Part shown: in pieces, positions 36,937-51,325 of the stretch
Layout of the letters: each line of letters starts with the position of its first letter
How positions within the stretch are numbered: position 1 is the first letter of the stretch
From: Lingula anatina
Taxonomy: Eukaryota; Animalia; Brachiopoda
Reading direction: 5' to 3'
Assembly (NCBI GenBank): GCA_051362555.1
Contig: CM120647.1
Coordinates: forward strand, 11,632,651 to 11,696,650
DNA: 64,000 nt
Notes under the pieces: generated by a model
The model's database searches: none
What the model was told of the DNA's origin: nothing
Seen by the model: only the letters and a program-made list of their open reading frames with translations
Position numbers and translations under genes: made by a program

Positions 36937-39041
36937 ATAGATAAATAAATAAATAACAAATGCATGCTTGAGGTCCGTTTCTGACATAAGTTTAAATTCT
37001 GATATACATTACTTTATGTACACTGGTAGTTTATCTAATTCCTTTGTGTCATTGGAATTTCACTGACTTATTTTATTTGTGCTGTACTGCACATATGCCT
37101 ATATAAAATCATCTCTTATACATTTTCTGATATGATAATATGGCGAACTGACAGCTTGTCACTACCGTTCCCCCTGTCATCATTATTCAGTACACCGGCG
37201 GAGAAGTACATGGCAGTACATGGAAGTCTTGTTTTATTCTGCAATTTGCCATAAAGTTCTCAGCTAACTACACAATTTGTACAGTCACTGGTGTGCCTAG
37301 ATTATGCTACGGAAACAGGTGCTATTTGGGTTACAAATATATGTTTTAGGCGAGTGACGGGGTCCAATATAAAACAGCTGACAAAGACTATGTACTGCAA
37401 AGTGCGTTCGTGAGTAGCTGACAGATATAGAACAGCTCCTTTGGCCAGCTTGCTCTCTTGGTCATTCTCTCTCTCTCTCTCTCTCTTTTATTTATTATTA
37501 TTATCATTTATTATTTTTTGTGCGGTGGGGCTGGGACTCGTACCTGTATAGGGGGAGAACGAGGGAGATGATATATCACGTACCTCCAAAGGCAAAAGAG
37601 GAGGCATGCGCGCTCTTTTGCCTTTGGAGGTGATAAAATGTGCCCACCAAGTTTCGTCTGTGACGTTTGAAAGAATCTGGGGAATGTATACGCATATATG
37701 CACGTACCGTAAAATGAATCAAAGCCTCTGTTTGTTGGCAGATAAGCCCTCTCGTAACAGCCCACGTGCCATTTCCCCACAATATGACTTCTGTAGCCCC
37801 TCTCCTTCAGTTTCTGTGATATCAGAGTCTCACTCAGTGGCATCGCCACCGGTATACCACCAACGACGACATTTGATAATCCAGTGGTTGCCTGATAGTA
37901 AAATAAGATAAAGGGTTCGCTTGATTCTTGGCATTTTAATTCCAGAAAGTGGGAAATCAGAAGAGGATCGGAAACGCCAACTGAGCAAGGGCACTTGATT
38001 ATACCCTCGTCATAATAAAGACGAACGTACAGCCAGAGAACGGTCTTAAATTTAATCCTCAATTGATTAAAGACCCTGTTTCTTGTTCCCATCAGGTATC
38101 AGACGAGAGATTGCAGTACATTGAATAAACTGCACCTGATTTGTCTCAATTTTCAACGAGTTTAGCTGTTAAATACGTTTAGCTCAGTAGGCCATCTGGT
38201 TCTGACGAGCATATCTTCAAATTTTGGAAGTGACCATGTATATCAGTATAACATATACTGTACAATTATCTAACGTTGTTTACCAATGGAAACTGTTACC
38301 AAATTTTACAAAAAGAAAGTTCAATATTTGTAACAGAAGACCTCCGATAGAGAGTGATATGCCCCCCACCCCACAACACCCCACACCCCAACCCACCCAC
38401 CCAAATTTCTCAACCTCTATACAGTTTACACAAAATGCTATCATACTGTAATGTTTTAATATACAAAACCACAGGGAAGTTGTAAATTCATTGGTCTCCG
38501 TCATTGAAGTAATAAGTAAAAAGGATTATATCTAAATAAATAATAGCGTAGCAAGCTGTTGCGTGCAAACTTAAATTCAGTCAACAAAAGTAAAACAGTT
38601 CTCGTGCTAGGAAGAAAAGGAAAATGCCAAAGACATTTACAGTTTAATTTGATTGGTTAATTTCACAATCAAACTGTAAATTTTTGCCTAGTGCATAACA
38701 CATTCCAACAGAGTTTGAGTATGATCCAAGTATGTTGTGTTGCAAATAGTATTTTTAGAGATTTAAATTGAATAAACAGTGCTAACAGACATTGCTTTAT
38801 AAGGAAATAATAGGAAGAAAAAAATGAACGTTAAAATAACTAGTGACAAATAACAATAACAGTTGAAAATGTCGGTGATCACACATAGGACAATGTAATA
38901 GAAGAGTTATATAATATCGTCGCGGAGAAATAGTAGCATAAACAGTCTTGTATTTGCATGGCAAGTCAGTCGGTGAATACATGTTTGAAAGTCCTATTTC
39001 TCTTAGTCGTCACTAGTACAAAGTGATAAAGCGGTTTTGCA

Positions 39042-39084
<43 letters not shown>

Positions 39085-39391
39085 TTACCGCATATCTCCC
39101 GGTCAGTAACTGGCCTCTACTTGGAGAACACAAACTCTGGACGTAGTAATTCTCCAGCTTCACCCCCTCCGCCGCCAGACGATCGAGAGTCGGCGTCTTC
39201 ACCTGGTCGTTATGGTAACCGATGTCGTTCCAGCCCAAGTCGTCTGCCAAGAGAAACACAATGTTCGGTGGTTTCACTGGACCAATAAATGGGAACTTCC
39301 TGCTAAGTCCCAGATCGTATGCTATGCCTCCCATGGTGCCATGAACTTGTAACACCATTAAGATGACGGCGAGTATAATTCTATACACCAT
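30267..39391 (-). CDS. Arylsulfatase B-like sulfatase, copy 2 (524 aa, 8 coding exons)
   Basis: Exons 39391-39089, 37891-37708, 36880-36702, 36321-36210, 35781-35686, 31485-31245, 30949-30777, 30553-30267; same sizes as copy 1; LCSPSR motif present. Confidence 0.93.
32400..35330 (+). mobile_element. RTE/BovB-type LINE, near-full-length but disrupted APE-RT ORF, antisense within an ARS2 intron
   Basis: APE: [38 protein letters not shown]: [41 protein letters not shown]-type C-terminus KLKWYGHV...[11 protein letters not shown] and a short (gata/gaga) tail. Several frameshifts and stops. Confidence 0.92.
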
Positions 39392-39535
39392 GTTCTATCT
39401 ACCTGTAGAAAAAACTATACTAAACTATATATATATATGGGATGAGAGTGTGAATAACGAGAAAATGTTTGGGATAAATTCCTACAAATGAATATGTAAA
39501 TCCACTTGGTTTGAACAAGGAGATTTAAGAAAACA

Positions 39536-39566
<31 letters not shown>

Positions 39567-39822
39567 AAAAAAAAAAAAAAAAAAAAACAAAAACAACAAC
39601 AACAAAAAAAAATCCTGAACTATTACTGTAGGTTCTAGGTACGGTACGTATATGAAGCAATACTCGTGACTTTTCCTGTTATAAAATAAGATTTATTTTG
39701 GCTAAACTGGCTTAATCCGGCCAAATCAGAAATGAAACTTGTATACCTATTTTTTTCAATGTAACTATAAAGTATATGGAAACTGCAGTTAAAATATTGT
39801 ATTGTCTGCATACACTACTCAC

Positions 39823-39995
39823 TTGACGTTAAAGGTTCAGTTACTGTTTCTTCGATCACTTATACACACGTATTTACTGAAGTCTTGTTGAGGTGATCCA
39901 CCTTAATTTGCTGCCTGTCACCAGGAGAATGAATAACACTCATCTGCATTACGTAACACTATGAGGGCACTCATATAGAAATATAAATAATGCAT
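39823..39995 (-). promoter_or_regulatory. Candidate 5'UTR exon/promoter of ARS2 (homologous to ~52024-52195)
   Basis: Minus-strand donor aa|gtgagt at ~39822, within a ~220-bp non-coding block conserved with ARS3 that includes a TATTTATA box. Confidence 0.5.
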
Positions 39996-40322
39996 GTAGA
40001 CAAAATAAATAATTCATAATAAGGTAACCTCTGTCAGGTTAAAGGCTTGGCTAAATGGGATTTAAAGAAAACTCAACTGAATATAAAAAAGGGCGTATGA
40101 TTTTGCATCGGGTGTATAAAAATACCTGTTGGTCTTAGCCTAGGGGTGTCAGTTTTATCTCTGTGTGTGCATCATATTGATTGTTTGCAAGCACCAAGTA
40201 ACCCATTTGAGAACTAAGTCCATTTACTTTTTGTATTAACTTTTTTTCAATGTTTACGCGACAGTCTAAGTTAAATGCACATTAATCATGGGCAAGTTCT
40301 GCTCCATTACGCACGTACACAT

Positions 40323-40358
<36 letters not shown>

Positions 40359-41454
40359 TTGTCTATGTGTACCAACCGAGGACATCAGCACAACACCATA
40401 CAACCGAGGACATCTTATTCCTTGGTTAAATCAAAATAAAAACATTCAATTTAGGGTAAAATCTATTCGAGTATGAATGTTATAAATTAAATTTTTATAA
40501 AAACTAATTTTTTGCTGACAAGAATTTTACATTCTAACCGAGGACACACACGGACACACACTCGAACAGACACTACACATTACAACCGAGGACATGCATG
40601 CATCTACATGTAATAATGATTGTACTTTTAATGCAAAGCAAATTTTATATAGCGTTACTTTGCAGCAATTCACATTTTTATGAAATTCTTTCATATTTAA
40701 GGTAAATTCCAAAATAACACCAGAGGTGATGATTAAATGAACAGTTATACAATATTTAATGCTGGGCTTTGCCACTTTTTTAGAATTGAAGATTATGAGA
40801 TAAAACATCAATTAATTTAGGAAAAGAAAGGATACTGATGAAATAAAATAAAAGACCAAAGAAATTCGTTTTCAAACATTTTATTTTCATAATGCTTATT
40901 TTCTATTTAGCACTCTTTTATTATCATGAATTTTATATTTTGATAACACAAAGTGTCGTCCATTGGATACAGACTTGCACAGTACACAATTTTACAATTG
41001 AGGACATCATGCCAGCAGCACCCAAAATTGTGCTTTCTTCCAATTTGATGCAATATTATATAATGCTTAACAGCATAATGATCATCAATTTTTTATAATA
41101 AAATATTAGTATCATGAATATTCAGAAAATGTGACTAGCAAAGGTTTTCAGGTTCATGGAACTCCAAAGTCATACTTTGAAAATGCTAAATGTATACAAG
41201 AGGGCACTGTACTGAAATGGGTTTCTTTCCATTTTTAACTTTTTTACATAAAATAATACAGTTTACTGCCATTTCACATGATCAACTAAGAAAATTGTTG
41301 AGATGGCAAAAATATCAATATAACAAGTTTAAATGTCCAATTTCCTCCATTCCAATCATTGTGAATGATTGAATCTGACAAACTACAATGATACGAGTTC
41401 ATTTCCATTTTGGCACTTTTTTTACACAATACAAGATAACAGGTTTACCACCAT

Positions 41455-44230
41455 TTTAATATAATCAACTAGCAATATTGTCAAGACGCAGAAATTTTAC
41501 ATATCTAGTAAATTCAATAATGAGACTGTTTACATGCCTGACAATCAAATCTGAGGAAAACCACTTATATACAAATAAAAGCTGAAGTCCCTCAAAACTC
41601 AACCAATCAATCTTATTTTTAAATTTGATTTGTATATAGATAACATTGATCACTCTTGTGAGTTTAATGACAACAGGCCTATCGGTTCTCACTGTGCTTA
41701 CAGTGTTACTAATATGCTTTTACTAATAATCATCAGTTCTGTGAGTTTCATGAAAACAGGCTTTAAGTTATTAGTTCTCCCTGAAATGTGCTTACAGTGT
41801 TACATATATGCTGAAAAAAAAAAAAAAAAAAAAAAAACAGCATAAAATTTGAAAGAAAAGGGCCTGGTCTTGCTGATTTTCAATCTTGACCATTCTTTTA
41901 CTAATAATCATCAGTTCTGTGAGTTTCATGAAAACAGGCTTATTGGTTCTCCTTGAAATATGTTAACAGTGTTGCATGTACACTGAAAAAAGGAGAAAAA
42001 AATGCAAAACTTTTGAAAATAATCACCCCATTTCCTCCATTTTGAGACACTGTATTACACAGTACATGATAAGCATGTTTACCGTCATATTTATATAATC
42101 AACTAGCAATGTTGTAAAGATGCAGACAATTTCAGAGAAACACTAACATATTTACATATCTAGTTAATTCAATAATGAGACTGTTTACATGCCTGACAAT
42201 CAAATCTGAGGAAAACCACTTATATACAAATAAAAGCTGAGGTCCCTCAAAACTCAACCAATCAATCTTATTTTTAAATTTGATTTGTATATAGATAACA
42301 TTGATCACTCTTGTGAGTTTAATGACAACAGGCCTATCGGTTCTCCCTGAAATGTGCTTACAGTGTTACTAATATGCTTTTACTAATAATCATCAGTTCT
42401 GTGAGTTTCATGAAAACAGGCTTATTGGTTCTCCTTGAAATGTGCTTACAGTGTTACATATATGCTGGAAAAAAACCAGCATAACATTTGAAAGAAAAGG
42501 GCCTGGTCATGCTGATTTTCAATCTTGATCATTCTTTTTAATTTACTAATAATCATCAGTTCTCTGAGTTTCATGAAAACAGGCCTATTGGTTCTCCTTG
42601 AAGTGTGTTTACAGTGTTGCATGTACACTGAAAAAAGGAGAAAAAAATGCAAAACTTTTGAAAATAATCACCCCATTTCCTCCATTTTGAGACACTGTAT
42701 TACACAGTACATGATAACATGTTTACCGTCATATTTATATAATCAACTAGCAATGTTGTAAAGATGCAGAAAATTTCAGACAAACACTAACATATTTACA
42801 TATCTAGTTAGTTCAATAACGAAACTGTCAACATGCCTGACAATCAAATCTGAGGAAAACCACTTATATACAAATAAAAGCTGAAGTCCCTCAAAACTCA
42901 ACCAATCAATCTTATTTTTAAACTTGATTTGTATATAGATAACATTGATTACTCCTGTGAGTTTCATGAAAACAGGCTTATTGGTTCTCCCTGAAATGTG
43001 CTTACAGTGTTACTTATATGCTGAAAAAAAAAACAGCATAACATTTGAAAGAAAAGGGCCTGGTCATGCTGATTTTCAATCTTGACCATTCTTTTACTTA
43101 TAATCATCAGTTCTGTGAGTTTTATGAAAAGAGGCTTATTGGTTCTCCTTGAAATATGTTTACAGTGTTACTTATATGCTTAAAAAAAACAGCATAACAT
43201 TTGAAAGAAAAGGGCCTGGTCATGCTGATTTTCAATCTTGACCATTCTTTTACTAATAATCATCAGTTCTGTGAGTTTCATGAAAACAGGCTTATTGGTT
43301 CTCCTTGAAATGTGCTTACAGTGTTACATATATGCTGAAAAAAAACCAGCATAACATTTGAAAGAAAAGGGCCTGGTCATGCTGATTTTCAATCTTGACC
43401 ATTCTTTTACTTATAATCATCAGTTCTGTGAGTTTTATGAAAAGAGGCCTATAGGTTCTCCTTGAAATGTGTTTACAGTGTTGCATGTACAATGAAAAAA
43501 GGAGAAAAAAATGCAAAACTTTTGAAAATAATCACCCAATTGCCTCCATTTTGAGACACTGTATTACACAGTACATGATAACATGTTTACCGTCATATTT
43601 ATATAATCAACTAGCAATGTTGTAAAGATGCAGAAAATTTCAGACAAACACTAACATATTTACATATCTAGTTAGTTCAATAACGAAACTGTCAACATGC
43701 CTGACAATCAAATCTGAGGAAAACCACTTATATATATCAAAACAAGGCACAACTTCCACAAAACTCAACCAATCAATCCTATTTTCAAACTTGATTTGTA
43801 TATTGGTAACATTGATCACTCCTGTGAGTTTAATGACAACAGGCCTATCGGTTCTCCCTGAAATGTGCTTACAGTGTTACTTATATGCTGAAAATGGCAG
43901 AAAAAAAAACAGCATAACTTTTGACAAAAAATGGCCCGGATATGCCGATTTTTGATCTTGACAACCCTTTTACTAATAATCATCAGTTCTGTGAGTTTCA
44001 TGACAATAGACCTATTGCTTCTCCTTGAACTGTGTTTACAGTGTTGCATGTATGCTGAAAAAAGCAAAAACAACAGCAAATTTTCTGAAAAAAAAAGCAG
44101 CCCATTATGAAGATTTTCAAACTTGACCTGCGTTTAACTAATATTCATCAGTTCTGTGAGTTTCATGAAAATAGACCTATCGGTTCTCTTTAAAATGTTG
44201 CATCGCATATAATATTATGCTGAGAAAAGG
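41455..44230. repeat. Higher-order tandem satellite (~150-bp subunits interleaved with a ~300-bp unit)
   Basis: aataatcatcagttctgtgagtttcatgaaaacagg recurs about ten times; catgcctgacaatcaaatctgaggaaaa recurs at ~41532, 42188, 42832 and 43696. Confidence 0.9.
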
Positions 44231-44713
44231 GAAAAACAGCAACTTTGTAAAATTGGCCAGATCACACTGATTTCGTTGATTGCAATTTATATAGCATTCC
44301 TTCTGGGAGAGATCGATCCATAGTTAGTACGATAGGATCTGGGAACGGTCCCTTAATCGTTTTTGCCGTGTGCATATCCGAACTGTAGGCCTATATATCA
44401 GGACGCGTAATTGTCGGGGCGTCTTTTTTTTTCTTTTTTTATTTCACAAAGCGGTTCTTGCAAATGCGGTGTTTATGAATATGTGTGCTCTGTGTTAGCG
44501 ACATGGACCGACAGGGGCCCATTCAAAATATAATTTCACTTCAGTTGTTAGATTTAGTATTTATTCTAGCAGCCAGGTGTATAACAAACAGGTCAGATCT
44601 ACAGGTGAAAAGAAGTGACTGTAGTTCACAGAGCCATTATGTAATAATAAATGTTTCATAATGTCATAGCCTTCTTCAAACTGTCAGGGGTAGATTAATT
44701 CATAGTTAGCTAA

Positions 44714-44928
44714 GGGGCCCTTTACACTGGACGGCGTCCTTTCTGCGTCCTGTAGTACGGATCCATTTGAGAGTACAAAATAATAATACTTAACTTTCTG
44801 ACAACTGGCCAATCACCAAATATTCATTTTTTTTCAACCAAAGCAATGCTTGTACCTCCTTTCTACGACCACAGTGATGCCAGTTTCTTGGTCGCACAAA
44901 GGACGCCGCCCCAGTGTAAAGGGGGTTT
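44714..44928. mobile_element. Nested MITE (Harbinger-like termini)
   Basis: Inverted arms ccctttacactgg.cggcgtccttt / aaaggacgccgccccagtgtaaaggg. Confidence 0.65.
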
Positions 44929-44956
44929 ACGGACGATCCATTTACCCTTTTCATTT

Positions 44957-45210
44957 ACTCTGAAGTATCGAATAAAAGAACTGATGGAATAAAAGTACTG
45001 GGTGGAAAAAATCTCAAAATTTAATAAAAGTACTGATGGAATAAAAGTACTGGGTGTAAAAAATCTCGAAATTTAATAAAAGTACTGGATGGAATAAAAG
45101 TACTGGGTGGAAAAAACCTTTGCACCACTCCCCCCCCCCAAAAAAAAAAATGAAATAAAGAAATAAAAATAAAGAAGAAGAAGAGAAAGAAAAAAGCTAG
45201 CTATTGATCA

Positions 45211-45250
<40 letters not shown>

Positions 45251-45984
45251 CACCAGGTAAAATTCACTCAGTATTATAATTTATCTTAATATATATATAT
45301 TTTTGCCATGAGTTAAATTTCATAATCGTCAGGGGCCGAAGACCCAGATATGTCGCACCTAAGCCGCCTCCGAGAGCCATACGGAAACGTTATTCATAGT
45401 AAATTTATTCTCAGATATAAGGTTCGTTTTGCATACCTGTAAACTCCTAAGGGTTTATCTTACATAGAAATGTGATTTAACATCGTTTAAATCATAAATC
45501 GGCATGAAATAATTGACGTTTGAAAACAGGCACAACTTCTTTGCTGCACTTGAAATGACCTCCTTAGCTATAAATATGATCCTATCACCTTGCGACATTG
45601 CATCATTCGATCGATGTACATGAGTAGTTGTCACTGTTGAAGGGAAAGCACGTCTATTTATAGGAACTGAAATCAGGTGACGCATGTACTGTTGTGTTCA
45701 GAGAGCGACTTCCGCTTGACCTACTTTCCAGTGCTGTTGGTAGAACAGTCGGTAATGAGTTGAGATCTCAATTTTCTTCTCATTATACTTCAATTTAAGA
45801 AAATAAAAAGCGTGACTTGTACTTGTGTAATTTCCCACCGGTACAATATGTATTTAATAAACATACCGGGTGGAAGATTTTTGAAAAATTAATAAGCGTA
45901 CTGGGTGAAAATGGAGCGTACCGGCGGGAAGAAATTTGGAAAATTAATTAACGTACCGGTACGTTTATTTGATACTTCCGAGTA
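44957..45984. mobile_element. Nested ~1 kb TIR element
   Basis: Termini tactctgaagtatcgaataaa / tttatttgatacttccgagta, with subterminal aataaaagtactgggtgg repeats. Confidence 0.6.
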
Positions 45985-46562
45985 ATTCTTGCACCCTCAA
46001 AAGATTGTCGGTCCTAAGATCTACCGAGTGAGCCACAAATTCAGACAGTTCTTCTTTATTTAAACCACTCCATGTCAGTTGTACTAATAAAGAAGCGTGC
46101 CGTAATATGTACAGTGCGATGATAGTTATGTAGTTACGTAACGGCCTAGGAGAGCTTAATTTGATAAAAAAGACCTTTAGTTTAAAAATATGAACTTACT
46201 GAATATATAGACATCTGAGATATAACATTAGTTTCAGTTTAGTCTGCCCTTTACAGCACAACCGAGGACGCGGAATTTGGTCCGCCCTTAACAGCACAAC
46301 CGAGGACGCGTGTGTATAGCCCGATTTCAGACAAAAAGTTGGACAGTATTTCTGATACACTCGTGGCGGGAATTTGGCCCGCGCTATACAGCATAACCGA
46401 GGACTGGCTCAGAATAGCGTCAAATTTCACCACCTAACTTGAAATGGGCCCCTTTATGCATTCCACTGCTTATGTCAACCGAGGACGTCCTCGGTTGGAG
46501 GTGTGTCCTCGGTTAGTGGGTTTCGGGCGGGTGTGTGTCCTCGGTTAGAATGCGTGCACAAG

Positions 46563-46668
46563 AGCACACACACAACATTTACCGCATATCTCCCGGTCAG
46601 TAACAAGCCTCTACTTGGAGAACAGAAACTCTGGACGAAGTGATTCTCCAGCTTCACCCCCCCCCCCC
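46563..46668 (-). pseudogene. Fragment of a fourth arylsulfatase (first coding exon 3' part plus donor)
   Basis: Translates [26 protein letters not shown] followed by gtaaatgttgtgtg, as in the three intact genes. Confidence 0.85.
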
Positions 46669-46689
46669 ACCCACGCCTCTTCCAATACA

Positions 46690-46825
46690 CGGAAACGTGT
46701 CATGATACAAGTACGTCGTAAACAAGAGGAGGCCTGTCATTCACTTAAGCTGATTGCACTAAGCGAGAGTACCCGCAAAGTTGGGTCAATCCACGTTAAC
46801 GGATGGTGTCCATGGGAGTAAGGTT
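46690..46825. mobile_element. Half copy of the palindromic MITE downstream of ARS3
   Basis: Matches 29873-30015. Confidence 0.6.
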
Positions 46826-47144
46826 TTAAGGTTTTTCGAAATCCAACACGTCATTGAAAGCAAATTTATATTTAAGGGCATTTATATTTAAGTTAATGTT
46901 TTGGTATTATTATTATTATTTTTATTATTATTATTATTATTACTCTACTTGAGTAACGGTTTGGTTATTCGATCCTTTAATTGCTTTTTTGAAAGATATT
47001 TATTATTATCATTATTATTACCGTTATAATAACAATAAGAGTATCAGCAATAAGTATTTTAGATTTATTCACTAAAGATAACAGATTATAGAATGAAATA
47101 ATCATTGAGTCGTATCATTAAGTTATGTAAAACACTGATAACAT

Positions 47145-49967
47145 TTAATCCCTAGGCGCCCACACACCGCCGTGGAGGGCCGGGTTAAGTGCCGGGTCTG
47201 TTTCACTTACAAAAATAGTTGGTGGGGACATCTGGCGGATTTCTTCCAGACGATCCAGCATGCGCTTTACGATCTCCGGCTTTGTGTCGGACAGATCGCA
47301 TTCCTCCAGTGGGTCTCTCTTCATGTCATAAAGCCACACGTTCTTATCCAATGGGACATCCTCTATTGCAGGGTCAGGACCAAGTATAGAGAAAAACAGG
47401 GGAGCACCGTCTTCATAACCCCGAATAGCGGCTGAAGTAAATAAGATTAGAAACATACAAATGAAATAAATTTAGTGTGAAAATGAAATTTCAGAAAAAC
47501 AAAGTGAAGAAATCAATATTAGTTGTATATTCCGGACACTTTGGAGCCGAGAAATTTGTTTCAGTCGTACGAAGATGTCAGTTAGCCGATCATTTTTCTC
47601 AGCTAAGGGCCCTGTCCTACCTTCACATTCAAAATTAATTTAAACCAAAGGCAATGTCGTGATCCTGAGCAGTTGTTTTAACACCAACAGTTAAATATTA
47701 TGCAACGTTATTGGCGATTTAAGTCTCTCTCTCTCTCTCTCTCTTGCTCGTCTCGGTACCTGCTTGTCCTGTAATCAGTTTCCACTTCCCCCACCTCAGT
47801 GCTGCCCTCTGTGAGGTGTCAAATGTACCATTATAAAGAGGGGAGCCTCGGGGAACTAATCGGGATGACGTGGAGGGCCAGATAAGCTCGTGCAAGAGTT
47901 CCTTTCTCTGTTGTCCGCCATGCCCACCCGTGCTGCAAATTGTATAAAGAAAAATACTCAAATTTGTTTCCTTTTTCCGTTTTAAATGGGTTAATTCCCT
48001 TTCTTTACAATGCCCTGTTATTACCCAAGCCTTTGACTGATCATTTTTGATGATGAATTTAATATTTAGTCTTAAACGAGAGGATGTTTTTACGGAAGAC
48101 ATAAAACACAGTGATTAAACAGTGCATTTGTATTTTCTCGCCTCACTTGGTTTACTTTTCATTTGATTTTTTTTTTTTCGGCGAGGGTGGGGGGGGGGGG
48201 GGTGAAAAGTGACCTATTGTTCCCATTCATCCTGGACCAGTAGTTGCATACCTTATCAGCTTCCAAATGTCAAAACCATCCAGTTTCAGCTCACAGGCAT
48301 CAAGGCCGGCTAAGCCAAGAAATGTCGGATACCAATCCGTTATGGAGGCCAGCTGAGTCACCTTACGTCGAGGTCTCCTCAGCAGTTTGGACCACACGAA
48401 TGCCGGCACTTTTATCCCGCCTTCCCACAAAGAACCCTTGATCCCTTTCAGTGGTCCGTTATTCCCACCAACAAGAGGGGATCCGCCGTTATCTGAAATT
48501 AAACATTCATGTTATGCTTACTAGATGAAATACAAGATATGTATATATCTTCGAACGTGTCTGTCAGTTTAAAAAAATCCGTTTAGAGTTTACTCGATTA
48601 TGAACGTGATCTAAAAGCGTCGAATTAAACACTAACGTTACAATTGTTGAGCTTTATTCAATCTTAATATTATTTGTACGCAAAGCTGTGGAAACGTCAC
48701 TAATTTCACTCTGAAGGGATAACGTGCATTTTTGGAGCAGGTATAGGTGTGATTTACAGGTGAATTTTCAAAGAAATACATACCAGAAGAGAAAACAATC
48801 ACTGTGTTGTCCAACATGCCATTGTCTTCTAGTGCCTGGTGGATTTTTGCTACTGCTGCATCCAAAGCAGACACCATTGCTATTGAAATAATAAATAAAT
48901 GCTTCATATGGCCATTGTTGTTTGTGTGCAGAGAGATCATTTTATTTAATAAACCAGAAAACAAAATTTTTCTGATCAAAATTTATTTGCAAAAACAACG
49001 TAATATGGAATTCACCGAATTCAAAGTTCACAAAAACACGTGTGATTTGGGACACAATGAATAAATCTACTTTAACTAGAACATATTGCTGTAACATTTT
49101 GGTGTACTGTCCAGCATTATGTGAAATATAAAAGATATTTCATATAAATAATAGGAACCTGTACATGTCATTTGAAGAAGTCCACAAAGAAGTGAAATGA
49201 ATTAATCGACATAAAAGCAAGCGATTTCTTGACCAGTACAAACATTTAGTCAAACACAAACCTAAAAACGTTTTCCTCTTGCCATCTGGCATGTCATCAT
49301 AGAGAGCCTCAAATTTAACGGGCACCTGCAGTGGTTCGTGGGGAAGTTGGAAGGCCATGTATAAAAACAATGGCTGAAATACCAATTAAGTCACGTGAAC
49401 AATCAAATCACGTGCGCAGTTACTCACGTGAACTCGCCGAAACGATAATACAGTGTTTGACGGCCATTTTGAAATTTTGACAGATTAAATGGCAACCATA
49501 CCAGTAGCTAGTTTCATTAACATTTAACTTTTATCAATAAAATGTTTTAAACACAAAATGGCGAAATCACGCACACATGAATGTCAAAAGCTAATACGAA
49601 ACATTTCGTTATTGAATATTCTTAAAGCATGAAAGATTCATCAACTTTATATATATATATGTCTTGGTACCATATACGCGTAATTATACATGTAGCTCTG
49701 TTTACTTTTGAGATATACACAGATACACATGCAATGTCCTTAAGAAAACCAAACTAAGACAATTATATCATCAGCTTACATCGGTGGGGTCGTGTTTGTT
49801 GATGATATCCGTGGCTCGCTCCACATAGATGTCGGTAGAGTAGGTGCCATTCTTGGTATGATCAGGACGTGTGTTGTTCCAGATGTCAAGGCCGCACACT
49901 CCCGACACGACACCACAGAATTCGTGGGTGTAGAAATCCCCTCTTCCATACTGGATTCCTTAACATA

Positions 49968-50002
<35 letters not shown>

Positions 50003-50580
50003 TAATAATAATAATAATTATATAGATAAATACATGAATAACGAATGGATGCGCGTGTTCTGTTTTTATTTATTTATTTTTATTTTTTGCCATAAGTTTA
50101 AATTCTGATATACTTTATGTACACAGGTAGTATATCTATATAATTCCTCTGTGTCATTGCAAATACACTGTCGCTAATCACTTGCTTAATTTGTGCTGTA
50201 CTGCACATTTGCCTATATCAAATCATCTGATTTACATTTTCTGACTTAATAATATGGTAAACAGACAGCTTGTCACTACCGTTCCCCTTTTCATCATTAG
50301 TCAGTACATGTACACACTGGTGGGGAAGTACGTGGTGTTCAACCACTCTTGTCTTATTCTGCCACATGTCATACACTTCTCAGTTAACTACACGTTATGT
50401 ACATTCACCGTTGGGCCTAGGAGTTTGCTGTGGTAACATGTTCAATTGGGGGCAAAAAATGTATCTTTTAGGGGGTCAAATACCTGAATGAAATAGCTAA
50501 CAAGGAATATTAATGAATATACGTGCGTAGTTAACAGGTATGGAACAGTCGCTCTGGAGTACTCTGCTTCGCTCTCCTTT

Positions 50581-50613
<33 letters not shown>

Positions 50614-51257
50614 GTAGCTTCATTTTTAAGGGGTTGTATAGAGGGAGAACAAAAGGAAATGTAACTTTAGTATCTCCGTAGCAAAAGCGGGGGAAAGGAC
50701 TCATTGTGCCCCCCCCCCCCCCCCCCCCCCACACACCCACACACAGTTCTTTCTGTATTTAATATGGATTATGGCGAACTTGTACACATACCATATATAC
50801 GTACCGTAAAATGAATCAAAGCCTCTGTTTGTTGGCAGATAAGCCCTCTCGTAACAGCCCACGTGCCATTTCCCCACAATATGGCTGCTGTAGCCCCTTT
50901 CCTTCAGTTTCTGTGATATCAGAGTCTCGCTCAGTGGCATGGCCTCCGGTATACCACCAAGGATGACATTAGATAGTCCAGTGGTTGCCTGTAAGTACAA
51001 TGAGGTAGGGTATTAACGCGATTCTTGGTATTTTTATCTGGACAAGGGGGGTGGGGGTGGGGCGGGGGCAGAACAGGATCGGGTAAGCCAACTGAGCGAT
51101 CATTCAAACTTCATTATTCCCTGGTCATTATCCAGGCGAATGTGTTCGTGCAGGCAATAGAGAGCGTTCTTGAGTGATAAAGCAGTTCTGTATTAAACCC
51201 GCAATTTCAAGAAAATAGTACCATAACCCCCCTTCATACACGCACATACGCACATAC

Positions 51258-51325
<68 letters not shown>

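Larger units (their letters stand above)
40530..46552. mobile_element. ~6 kb non-autonomous TIR element with subterminal (a)accgaggac repeats and nested insertions
   Basis: cattctaaccgaggacacac at 40530 has an exact reverse complement ending at 46552; many accgaggac copies at 40374-40595 and 46260-46545. No transposase ORF. The left boundary is uncertain. Confidence 0.6.

Noticed and set aside
41455-44230. Regularly recurring ~35-bp motif suggestive of a CRISPR array
   Set aside because: The intervening sequences are themselves repeated rather than unique spacers, there are no cas genes, and the context is eukaryotic; it is a satellite.
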